A stretch of DNA of 32,000 nucleotides from Candidatus Paracaedimonas acanthamoebae (lineage in GTDB: Bacteria > Pseudomonadota > Alphaproteobacteria > Caedimonadales > Caedimonadaceae). Each line of letters starts with the position of its first letter. Position 1 is the stretch's first letter. The position numbers and the translations under genes were made by a program. The notes beneath the pieces are model-generated. The model was not told the DNA's origin, searched no databases, and worked only from the letters and a program-made list of their open reading frames with translations. Of this stretch, positions 17,608 to 25,507 are shown piece after piece. The stretch is from contig CP008936.1 in the NCBI GenBank assembly GCA_000743035.1, forward strand, positions 1,080,001 to 1,112,000, read 5' to 3'.

Positions 17608-18057
17608 ATGAGATTAGGCACTAAAGGACGTTATGCGGTTATTGCAATGACAGATCTTGCAAGTCAAATGCAAGGAAAACCTATTACACTCGTTGAAATA
17701 TCTCAACGGCAAGACCTTCCTTTATCTTATCTTGAGCAACTTTTTATTAAACTTCGACAAAAAGGCCTTGTTGAAAGTGTCCGGGGAAATAATGGAGGAT
17801 ACTTTCTAGCAACCTCGCCCGAAGGTATTTATATTCGCGACATTATTCTGGCCGCTGAGGAGAAAATTAAATCAACTCAATGTGAAGCTTCTTCAATGCA
17901 AAGCTGTCATGGGCAATCAGAACGTTGTTTGACTCATAATCTTTGGGCAGGACTTGAAAAACATATTTTAGATTATTTAGGATCAATTACCTTAGCTGAT
18001 GTATGTGCGCGTCGTGTTCTTCCGAGTGGATGCAAAGTAAAAGAGGCCGTCGCATGA
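17608..18057 (+). CDS. iscR: Fe-S cluster assembly transcriptional regulator IscR (Rrf2 family)
   Basis: 149 aa. It has the Rrf2 N-terminus MRLGTKGRYAVIAM and a wHTH. The probable cluster ligands are C-x7-C-x6-C-x2-H (QCEASSMQSCHGQSERCLTH). It is the first gene of the isc operon. Confidence 0.9.
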   Translation: MRLGTKGRYAVIAMTDLASQMQGKPITLVEISQRQDLPLSYLEQLFIKLRQKGLVESVRGNNGGYFLATSPEGIYIRDIILAAEEKIKSTQCEASSMQSCHGQSERCLTHNLWAGLEKHILDYLGSITLADVCARRVLPSGCKVKEAVA

Positions 18058-19235
18058 AAAGAACACCTATTTACCTTGATTATAACGCCGCAATGCCTTT
18101 ACGCCCTTGCGCTCTTAAAGAAATGCAAGAAATTTTCGCATTAACTGGGAACCCTTCTTCCATTCATCGTTTCGGTCACGCCCTTGCAATGCGAATTGAG
18201 AATGCCCGCCATCAAATTGCAACCTGTTTAAATGCTTTGCCTGCTGAGGTCATTTTTACGAGTGGCGGCACTGAGGCAAATAATCTCGTCCTCCAAAGCC
18301 ACCTTAAAAATGGTTATAATATCCTCGTCAGCGCTGTTGAGCACGATTCCGTGCTTAAAAGTGTTGAAAATCTAGAGACAATCCCTGTGGATACCAAGGG
18401 AATCTTATGCCTTGATACCCTTGTAAATATGTTAAGTCAAAAGACACAACCAACTCTCGTATCTGTGATGCTGGCTAACAGTGAAACCGGGGTCATCCAA
18501 CCTTTAGAAAAAATTATTGCGATTGCTAAGCATCATAATGCGCTTGTCCATACTGATGCCGCACAGGCGGCAGGACGTATTTCCGTTAATTTTAAGGGAT
18601 TAGGCGTTGACTTTATGACACTCTCTTCTCTTAAAGTCGGCGGTCCTGCAGGTGTGGGGGCGCTTATTGCGAAAGAAAAATTACCTCTTACCCCTCTCTT
18701 GATGGGGGGAGGACAAGAAAGAGGAAAACGAGCAGGAACCTCCAATACAGCAGGCATCTGTGGCTTTGCATTTGCCATCACTGAAGCCTCTCAAGAATCC
18801 TGGAGCAATTGCCAAGCATTAAGAGATGAACTTGAGTCTAAATTACTTCATTTAACGCCTGAGGCTTATATTTTTGGACAACAAGCCCCTCGCCTTCCCA
18901 ATACCACTTGCATTTCTTTACCGAACCATCGCAGCGATAAGTATGTTATGATGTATGACCTTGAAGGCATTGCCATTAGCGCGGGCTCTGCTTGTTCTTC
19001 TGGAAAAATCAAGTCCTCTCATGTCCTTAAAGCAATGAATGCCTCAGAAGATTATATTAATTCTGCCATTCGAGTGAGCTTAGGGCTTCAAACAACCAAA
19101 GTAGAGATTGAGGAGTTTTGTAAAATCTGGCAAGACATCGCCATGAAACTTCAAAAGCAACCTTTAACCAAAAACCAGAATTTTCAAGATCTAACAATAT
19201 CGAGGAAAGAATCTTATGTCAGCCCAGAATTTTAA
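18054..19235 (+). CDS. NifS-like cysteine desulfurase (class V aminotransferase), first of two tandem paralogues
   Basis: The start is trimmed to ATG 18054, an ATGA overlap with the iscR stop, giving [15 protein letters not shown]. It has a PLP lysine context SSLKVGGP and a catalytic Cys loop SAGSACSSG. Confidence 0.8.
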   Translation: MKRTPIYLDYNAAMPLRPCALKEMQEIFALTGNPSSIHRFGHALAMRIENARHQIATCLNALPAEVIFTSGGTEANNLVLQSHLKNGYNILVSAVEHDSVLKSVENLETIPVDTKGILCLDTLVNMLSQKTQPTLVSVMLANSETGVIQPLEKIIAIAKHHNALVHTDAAQAAGRISVNFKGLGVDFMTLSSLKVGGPAGVGALIAKEKLPLTPLLMGGGQERGKRAGTSNTAGICGFAFAITEASQESWSNCQALRDELESKLLHLTPEAYIFGQQAPRLPNTTCISLPNHRSDKYVMMYDLEGIAISAGSACSSGKIKSSHVLKAMNASEDYINSAIRVSLGLQTTKVEIEEFCKIWQDIAMKLQKQPLTKNQNFQDLTISRKESYVSPEF

Positions 19236-20454
19236 AACATCTCATCCAGATATGATTTATCTTGATTATCAAGCAACGACGCCTTGCGATCCTCGCGTTG
19301 TTGAGAAAATGCTGCCTTATTTCACGGAACATTTTGGAAATCCTCACTCTCGTAACCATCAATTTGGATGGGATGCGGAAGCCGCTGTTGAAACAGCTCG
19401 ACATCAAGTCGCCGAGATTCTAGGAGCCCATCCAAAAGAAATCATTTTTACATCAGGAGCAACGGAATCTAACAATTTAGCCCTTAAAGGGGTTGCTTAT
19501 TTCAATCAAGCAGAAAAAAATCATATCATTACGTGTGTCACAGAGCATAAATGCGTCTTAGATACTTGTCGTCATCTTGAGCAACAAGGCTTTGAGGTTA
19601 CTTACCTCCCTGTTGATAATAATGGACTTCTGGATCTTAAAAAATTGGAAGAAGCCATCACTGAGAAAACAGCATTAGTCTCGATTATGGCTGTTAATAA
19701 TGAAATAGGCGTTATCCAACCCCTCCAAGAAATTGGCGCCCTCTGTCGTAAAAAGAATGTGTTCTTTCATACAGATGCTGCTCAAGCGGTTGGTAAGATC
19801 CCTTTAAACGTCAAAGAGATGAATATTGACCTCTTGAGTCTTTCGAGCCATAAAATTTATGGCCCTAAAGGAATTGGGGCTCTCTATGTTGGTCGCAAGC
19901 CAAGAGTGCGCCTTACATCTCAAATGAATGGTGGTGGCCAAGAAAGAGGCATGCGCTCAGGCACGCTTTCCCCAGCTTTATGTGTTGGACTTGGTGAAGC
20001 CTGTAAAATTGCCCAAGAAGAAATGGTTACCGAACACGCTCATTTAACACAGCTCAACCATTATTTCTTTGAGAAAATAGAGCGTTCTCTTGATCAAGTT
20101 TATTTGAATGGTGACCGTCTTCAAAGGATCCCAGGAAATCTCAATCTTAGCTTTGCTCATGTTGAGGGAGAAGGACTTATGATGGCAATCAAGGATCTTG
20201 CCGTTTCATCAGGCTCTGCCTGCACCTCAGAATCGCTTGAGCCTTCTTATGTGCTCCGCGCTCTTGGTGTCGATGAGGAACTCGCTCATACTTCTCTTAG
20301 GATTGGATTTGGGCGTTTTACAACGCTTCAAGAAGTTGATAAAGCGAGTGAAACAATTATTTCTGCAGTTCAAAAACTTCGTAAAATGAGCCCGTTATGG
20401 GAAATGGCTCAACAAGGCATTGATCTTAAATCCATTAATTGGGCAGCACATTAA
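19216..20454 (+). CDS. iscS: cysteine desulfurase IscS
   Basis: 412 aa. Motifs are [10 protein letters not shown], the PLP lysine [10 protein letters not shown] and the catalytic loop SSGSACTS. The C-terminus is IscS-type (SPLWEM...INW). The RBS gaggaa lies upstream. Confidence 0.9.
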   Translation: MSAQNFKTSHPDMIYLDYQATTPCDPRVVEKMLPYFTEHFGNPHSRNHQFGWDAEAAVETARHQVAEILGAHPKEIIFTSGATESNNLALKGVAYFNQAEKNHIITCVTEHKCVLDTCRHLEQQGFEVTYLPVDNNGLLDLKKLEEAITEKTALVSIMAVNNEIGVIQPLQEIGALCRKKNVFFHTDAAQAVGKIPLNVKEMNIDLLSLSSHKIYGPKGIGALYVGRKPRVRLTSQMNGGGQERGMRSGTLSPALCVGLGEACKIAQEEMVTEHAHLTQLNHYFFEKIERSLDQVYLNGDRLQRIPGNLNLSFAHVEGEGLMMAIKDLAVSSGSACTSESLEPSYVLRALGVDEELAHTSLRIGFGRFTTLQEVDKASETIISAVQKLRKMSPLWEMAQQGIDLKSINWAAH

Positions 20455-20464
20455 GGAGAGTATT

Positions 20465-20872
20465 ATGGCTTATAGCAATAAAATTATTGATCATTTTGAA
20501 AACCCACGAAATGTCGGCTCATTTGAAGGCTCAGACCTAGAAGTAGGGACAGGCTTAGTGGGCGCTCCTGCTTGTGGGGATGTCATGAAACTCCAAATTA
20601 AAGTTAAAGATGGCATTATTGAAGATGCTCGATTCAAAACCTTTGGATGTGGTTCTGCAATTGCTTCAAGTTCGCTTGTGACTGAATGGGTTAAAGGAAA
20701 AACGATTGAAGATGCTTTAGAGATTAAGAATACAACCATAGCGCAACATTTGGCTTTACCTCCTGTAAAGATTCATTGTTCAATGCTTGCAGAGGATGCC
20801 ATTAAAGCCGCAATTAAGGATTATCAAGATAAGCAAGAAAGATCCAAGGATGGCGATATCTCACATGCATGA
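20465..20872 (+). CDS. iscU: Fe-S cluster scaffold IscU
   Basis: The start is trimmed to MAYSNKIIDHFENPRNVG, with RBS aaggagag. The three ligand Cys sit in GAPACGD, FGCGSAIASS and IHCSMLAEDA. Confidence 0.9.
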   Translation: MAYSNKIIDHFENPRNVGSFEGSDLEVGTGLVGAPACGDVMKLQIKVKDGIIEDARFKTFGCGSAIASSSLVTEWVKGKTIEDALEIKNTTIAQHLALPPVKIHCSMLAEDAIKAAIKDYQDKQERSKDGDISHA

Positions 20873-21206
20873 AAAGCCCCCTGTTCTCCAAGTAACAGAC
20901 ACAGCTGCCGAAAGAGTTAAAGCTCTTTTAGCTTCACGAGGTAAGCCTTCCTTAGGAATTCGTATTGGAATTCGAACAAAGGGATGTAATGGACTTTCTT
21001 ATACCCTCGAATATGCTGATGAAAAGAATGCCTTAGATGAAATTGTGGAAGATAAAGGGATTAAGGTTCTTATTGATCCAAAAGCTTTATTATTTCTATT
21101 AGGCACGGAGATGGATTTTGTTCAAGACCAGCTTCAATCAGGCTTTGTTTTTAAAAATCCTAATGAAAAAGGTCGCTGTGGATGTGGAGACTCTTTCCAT
21201 GTCTAG
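20865..21206 (+). CDS. iscA: Fe-S cluster insertion/carrier protein IscA (HesB family)
   Basis: Conserved Cys residues lie in GCNGLSY and the C-terminal CGCGDSF. The start is ambiguous: ATG 20865 overlaps the iscU stop, and the alternative is ATG 20850. Confidence 0.8.
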   Translation: MHEKPPVLQVTDTAAERVKALLASRGKPSLGIRIGIRTKGCNGLSYTLEYADEKNALDEIVEDKGIKVLIDPKALLFLLGTEMDFVQDQLQSGFVFKNPNEKGRCGCGDSFHV

Positions 21207-21219
21207 TTTCTTTTGTTCA

Positions 21220-21702
21220 ATGAATGCATTTGAGAGGTTTAACTTACCTTTTTCCCTAAATATTAACCTTGAAGACCTTGAGCAGCGGTATTTTAAGGCT
21301 CAACACCAATATCACCCAGATCGTTTAAACCTTTCTGAAAGTTCTTTAGAAAATAAGACCCCTCAATATGCCGCTGCCTTTAATGAAGCCTATCAAGTTT
21401 TAAAAGATCCCTTAAAGCGTGCTGACCATCTATTAAAATGTTTAGGTTGGGTTGCCTCAGATGAAAATCTTGGAGGTGATCAAGATCCTAAACTTCTTAC
21501 CTTTATGATGGAGCTTAATGAAAAAATTGAAAACGCAACAACGGAAGAAGCAAGAGAAAACCTTGATGATTTCCTTCAAAATGAAATTCAACACAGTTGG
21601 GATGAATTAGCAAGTTCCATTGACAAGCAAGATAAAAGTAATGCTATCACTCTCCTAACGAAACTAAAATACCTTAAACGTCTTAAACTGAACCTAAAGT
21701 AA
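21220..21702 (+). CDS. hscB: co-chaperone HscB (J-domain)
   Basis: It begins MNAFERFNLP, like E. coli MDYFTLFGLP. The J-domain HPD motif is QYHPDRL. An alternative upstream start is ATG 21199. Confidence 0.8.
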   Translation: MNAFERFNLPFSLNINLEDLEQRYFKAQHQYHPDRLNLSESSLENKTPQYAAAFNEAYQVLKDPLKRADHLLKCLGWVASDENLGGDQDPKLLTFMMELNEKIENATTEEARENLDDFLQNEIQHSWDELASSIDKQDKSNAITLLTKLKYLKRLKLNLK

Positions 21703-21709
21703 AATAACG

Positions 21710-23479
21710 ATGTTGCTCCAACTTGTTGAACCTGGTCAAACACCTCTACCTCATGCTCAAGAAGAGACTTTTGCTGTTGGCATTGATCTTGGCACAACCC
21801 ATTCATTGCTAGCTTTTGCGACAGAAAAAAATGTTCCTCAGCTTATCCCATTACAAGGAGAATATCTTACTCCTTCTGTCGTTTATTATACAGAAGAAGG
21901 TTATCCTATTGTCGGTAAAAATGCCCTATCCATGCTTTCGCAAGATCCCGAAAATGTTATTCGTTCCATCAAAAGATTTATGCATCAGGGGAGCCAACGT
22001 CATACTCTGAGAGAACTTGCATTAACCCCGGTTGAAATTTCTTCTCATATTTTAGCGTATTTGAAATCCCAAGCCGAGAGGCAATTAGGACGCCCAATTA
22101 ATAAAGCCGTCATTACAGTTCCAGCTTACTTCGATGAAGCTGCCAGAACAGCAACACGTGATGCAGGCCGACTTGCAGGCCTTGAGGTCCTTCGCCTTGT
22201 CAATGAACCAACAGCAGCAGCCCTGGCCTATGGCCTTGAAAAGAACGCTCAAGGTATTTATGCCGTCTATGATTTGGGGGGGGGAACCTTCGATCTTTCT
22301 CTTCTCAAACTTCAAGGAGAAGTCTTTCAAGTCCTTGCAACAAGAGGAGATATGAATCTTGGAGGCGATGACATTGACCACGCTATTTACCAAGAATGTT
22401 TTCATACAAAAGATCCATCTATTGACCCTAAACAGGCTTTATTTATCATACGCCTCCTTAAAGAAAAGCTCACAAACCAAAACGAGGCTTCCCTGACGAT
22501 TGAAAACCACGCTTATACTCTGACCCGTCAGCGCCTTGAAACAATTGCTCAGCCATTCATTGAACGCACGCTCGAGCACTGTAAAAAAGTGCTTGAAGAT
22601 GCGGATACCTTAAGAGAAAACATAAAGGGAGTAATCCTTGTGGGAGGGGTAACTCGCATGCCTCTTATTAAAAGCGCTGTTGAAGCTTTCTTTGGCAAGA
22701 AGCCCCTTGATGATATCAATCCTGATGAAGTTGTTGCGTATGGAGCTGCCTTACAAGCACGCGCTCTGACACAAGGAAGTAATAGCTTACTTCTGGATGT
22801 CACACCTTTATCCTTAGGGCTTGAAACTCTTGGCGGAATTGTCGAAAAAATTATTGAGCGCAACTCTCCTCTTCCAGTCAGTAAAATTCAAGAATTTACG
22901 ACCCATGAAGATGGACAAACTGCCATGCTTCTTCATATTGTGCAAGGCGAGCGAGAGCTCGTCAAAGATTGTCGCTCATTAGCCCGGTTTGAACTTCATG
23001 GCATCCCTCCACTTCCGGCCGGAATCGCGCGGATTCAAGTACAATTTACGGTGGATGTTGATGGTCTGCTGACGGTCACTGCAAAAGAAAAAACCACCGG
23101 CATCAATCAATATATTGAAATTAAGCCTTCTTATGGCTTAAGTGAGTGCGATCTTTTAGACATGATCTCAACCAGCCTTACCCATGGCCAACAAGATCTT
23201 GAAGCCCGCCTCTTGATTGAGGCAAAAGTTGAGGCGGAAAGAATACAAAAGGTTACTCTCAGTGCTCTTGAAAAGGATCAAAGCTTGCTTGAGGAAAGCG
23301 AAAAAATTCTTATCCTTTCAATGCTCACGAAACTTGAAGAAGATTTAAAATCTGAAAACCGCACCAAAATTCAACAAAGCACTGAAGCTTTAGCAGCAGC
23401 AACACATCCTTTTGCTATTAAACGAATGACCCATCATTTGAATGAAGCTCTCAAAGGCAAGGATGTAACGACCCTATAA
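21710..23479 (+). CDS. hscA: Fe-S cluster assembly Hsp70 chaperone HscA
   Basis: 589 aa. Hsp70 signatures are GIDLGTTHS, DLGGGTFD and VGGVTRMP. It sits after hscB. Confidence 0.9.
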   Translation: MLLQLVEPGQTPLPHAQEETFAVGIDLGTTHSLLAFATEKNVPQLIPLQGEYLTPSVVYYTEEGYPIVGKNALSMLSQDPENVIRSIKRFMHQGSQRHTLRELALTPVEISSHILAYLKSQAERQLGRPINKAVITVPAYFDEAARTATRDAGRLAGLEVLRLVNEPTAAALAYGLEKNAQGIYAVYDLGGGTFDLSLLKLQGEVFQVLATRGDMNLGGDDIDHAIYQECFHTKDPSIDPKQALFIIRLLKEKLTNQNEASLTIENHAYTLTRQRLETIAQPFIERTLEHCKKVLEDADTLRENIKGVILVGGVTRMPLIKSAVEAFFGKKPLDDINPDEVVAYGAALQARALTQGSNSLLLDVTPLSLGLETLGGIVEKIIERNSPLPVSKIQEFTTHEDGQTAMLLHIVQGERELVKDCRSLARFELHGIPPLPAGIARIQVQFTVDVDGLLTVTAKEKTTGINQYIEIKPSYGLSECDLLDMISTSLTHGQQDLEARLLIEAKVEAERIQKVTLSALEKDQSLLEESEKILILSMLTKLEEDLKSENRTKIQQSTEALAAATHPFAIKRMTHHLNEALKGKDVTTL

Positions 23480-23543
23480 ATGATTTTATCTCTTAACTGG
23501 TGTGTGTTAGCATTTAAACCTACCATTAAGAAAGGGGGCCTTT

Positions 23544-23972
23544 ATGAATTCAATAAAACTATTACTTGCATTAAGTACGCTTATTCTATCACCCTTCACA
23601 TTGCAGGCAGAAGGAAAAGCAAAGAGCCAGGCTGAATCAGTTGTCTGTGGAACCATTGACATGCGTGGTCTTGAAGCCCTCATCAACGCTAAAATACCAA
23701 TGGTCTTGATTGATGCGAGAACTGATAAATATTTTGATGGCACAATGATCCCAGGGGCTAAACGCCTTCATATTGAGTCTCCTCAAGCCGACATCGCAAA
23801 ACTCCTGCCCGAGAAAAATACGCTTATTGTGGTTTATTGCGCCGGCGTTGGCTGCCCCGCCAGCAAAATGTTGGCCAGCCGCCTGATCAAAGAAGGCTAT
23901 CAAAATGTGATCGACTACCATCACGGAATTCGTGAGTGGAAAGCGAACAACAAACCAATTGAAAAAGCTTAA
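23544..23972 (+). CDS. exported single-domain rhodanese-like sulfurtransferase
   Basis: 142 aa. It has a signal peptide (MNSIKLLLALSTLILSPFTLQAEG) and a rhodanese fold with the active-site loop VYCAGVGCPAS. The RBS is aaggggg. Confidence 0.7.
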   Translation: MNSIKLLLALSTLILSPFTLQAEGKAKSQAESVVCGTIDMRGLEALINAKIPMVLIDARTDKYFDGTMIPGAKRLHIESPQADIAKLLPEKNTLIVVYCAGVGCPASKMLASRLIKEGYQNVIDYHHGIREWKANNKPIEKA

Positions 23973-23991
23973 AGAATCAATATAGCTCTTG

Positions 23992-24017
23992 AGTCCGGTT
24001 TCTAGGCCGGACTTTTA
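23992..24017 (+). terminator. hairpin terminator ending the isc-rhodanese transcription unit
   Basis: agtccgg 23992-23998 pairs with ccggact 24007-24013 around an 8-nt loop. Only a short T tract follows. Confidence 0.45.
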
Positions 24018-24126
24018 AAAAATTAAAGTCTCAAGCTGCAAGAATTATTATCTCTTCAAAACACCTTTTTTTGCTTGCAAAACATTTTATTTCGCCCTAT
24101 TTAGGCAAGGTTACCAACATGATATT

Positions 24127-24213
24127 GCGGTCGTGGCGGAATTGGTAGACGCGCAGCGTTGAGGTCGCTGTGGAGGAAACTCTGTGGAAGTTCGAGTCTT
24201 CTCGACCGCACCA
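24127..24213 (+). tRNA. tRNA-Leu (anticodon GAG), class II, with encoded CCA
   Basis: The cloverleaf was folded by hand. The acceptor stem is GCGGTCG/CGACCGC. The anticodon stem CAGCG/CGCTG carries the loop TTGAGGT. There is a long variable arm, a T-loop TTCGAGT and a 3' ACCA. Confidence 0.9.
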
Positions 24214-24858
24214 ATCTTTTTAAGATAAAACCCCTCTTTCTTGTGCTTGAGTTTACTCAGAATAAAGGTTTCAGAAAAATTACGTGAGATTCGTTCTCTC
24301 ATTTTTTAATGAAATCTCAAAGAGTACACTCTTTTTCATTCTCAATACGATAAATTTTCACTCATTTTGAATAAGAGGAATTTATTGTAAAAATCTTAAA
24401 AAATTATCTTTCAACTATTTGATATTTAATATTTATTTCTTTGATTTTTGGGGGGAATTTCCTTGATATTTGTAACTTTTTGTGATAGTCTGATAATAGA
24501 TGGTCAGAGATAATTTCCTTTTCTTATGAAAACTTAAAAAAGTTTCATAATTCTTTCATAAAATCTATCTCAATCGTCTCAATAAAAATAATAATAAGGC
24601 AGGGATAAAAACCTAAATTATTAAAGAGAATAAGCCTTTTATCACTCTTTTTGAGTGAATGATCTTCCTTTGTTTTTTTTCAAGGGATGATTCCTCTGCA
24701 GAAAAGGATGAAAGAGAAGCCTTTCTGAACACTCATTCCTTGGATCTCGAGGTCAAGGAAGAGATGAAGGAAACGGCAAGGGCACGAGAGGTAGAGGAAA
24801 ATGTTGCGGTGTGAAAGGGGTAACTTTTTTCCTTCCCTGCTCAAGGTTTCTTTCCTCT

Positions 24859-24887
24859 TGTCATCCCCGCGAAGGCGGGGATCCAGG
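24859..24887 (+). repeat. palindromic repeat unit, copy 1
   Basis: The sequence is tgtcATCCCCGC-gaag-GCGGGGATccagg, with a perfect 8-bp stem at 24863-24882. It has the same gtcatcccc...ggggatc(t)cagg framework as the copy at 25037. Confidence 0.7.
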
Positions 24888-24936
24888 AAAGACTAAAGAG
24901 GATCGATTGATGACATGAGAGATCTTCAGGCCGCTT

Positions 24937-24966
24937 GGGATCCTAGGGACAGGGCCTAGGATGACA
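24937..24966 (-). repeat. palindromic repeat unit, copy 2 (inverted orientation)
   Basis: The minus strand reads gtcATCCTAGG-ccctgtc-CCTAGGATcc, with an 8-bp stem at 24940-24962. Confidence 0.6.
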
Positions 24967-25036
24967 CAGATTGGGTGTGAAAGCGCTCGCAGGAAAGAAC
25001 GGTGGGAAGGAAATAATAGGAGAACATCCTCTCCAT

Positions 25037-25098
25037 CGTCATCCCCGGCCTTGTGCCGGGGATCTCAGGCAACCAAGAGATGTGAATAGGTGCCAGAA
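25037..25098 (+). repeat. palindromic repeat unit, copy 3, with extended tail shared with the 4.2 kb copy
   Basis: The sequence is cgtcATCCCCGGC-cttgt-GCCGGGGATctcaggcaacc...atgtgaataggtgccagaa. It has a 9-bp stem at 25041-25063. The tail 25064-25098 matches the reverse complement of 4231-4265. Confidence 0.7.
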
Positions 25099-25507
25099 TG
25101 TCCTCATCATGTGTGACAGGCACAGGTCAGGACTGAGGAAAGAAGGTACAGCGAAATGTCTGAAAGTAGGGATAACAATAAAAATAATAGGAGGCAGAAA
25201 TATCAAAGAAACAGGAACAAAGAAAAAAGAGTAAGAAACATGGTTACGTGCGTGAGAGGCATGAAACTTTAAGCAAAAGCTCAAGATCAAACGAAACGAT
25301 AGCATGGGAGAAAGACTTTAATCGGTGGTGGAAACAAGGTTTTCCAAGGAACCGAGTGATGATTGATAAGTTTTCTGAGCTACTTGGATTTCTTGATATA
25401 GGAGAGAAGATTACAGTCCCTAATTTTCAACTTTTTTCTTATCTCAAAAATGAAGTATCGTGTCAGACTTATCATTATGTTAGTGTGCATAGAGTTTTAA
25501 TTTAAAG

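Noticed and set aside
18003-18053. N-terminal extensions in the ORF track for the nifS-like gene (18003), iscU (20420), iscA (20787), hscB (21118) and thiolase (29064).
   Set aside because: The extensions overlap the 3' ends of upstream genes and encode non-conserved sequence. Internal ATGs align with conserved family N-termini and have RBS or stop-start coupling.
24859-25098. A mini CRISPR array, given palindromic repeats spaced roughly 50-75 bp apart.
   Set aside because: There are only three units. They differ in sequence and loop, one is inverted, the spacing is irregular, and no cas genes are present.
24971-25305. ORFs 24971..25234 (plus strand) and 25039..25305 (minus strand).
   Set aside because: They overlap each other on opposite strands. 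They read through the palindromic repeat and the purine-rich tract, giving Gly/Lys/Arg-rich or Phe/Leu/Ser/Pro-rich products. Neither has RBS support.
25248-25505. 85-aa GTG-initiated ORF ending 2 nt before the maeB start.
   Set aside because: It has no RBS and no recognisable domain, and it occupies what is more plausibly the maeB promoter or leader. It cannot be fully excluded without expression or conservation data.
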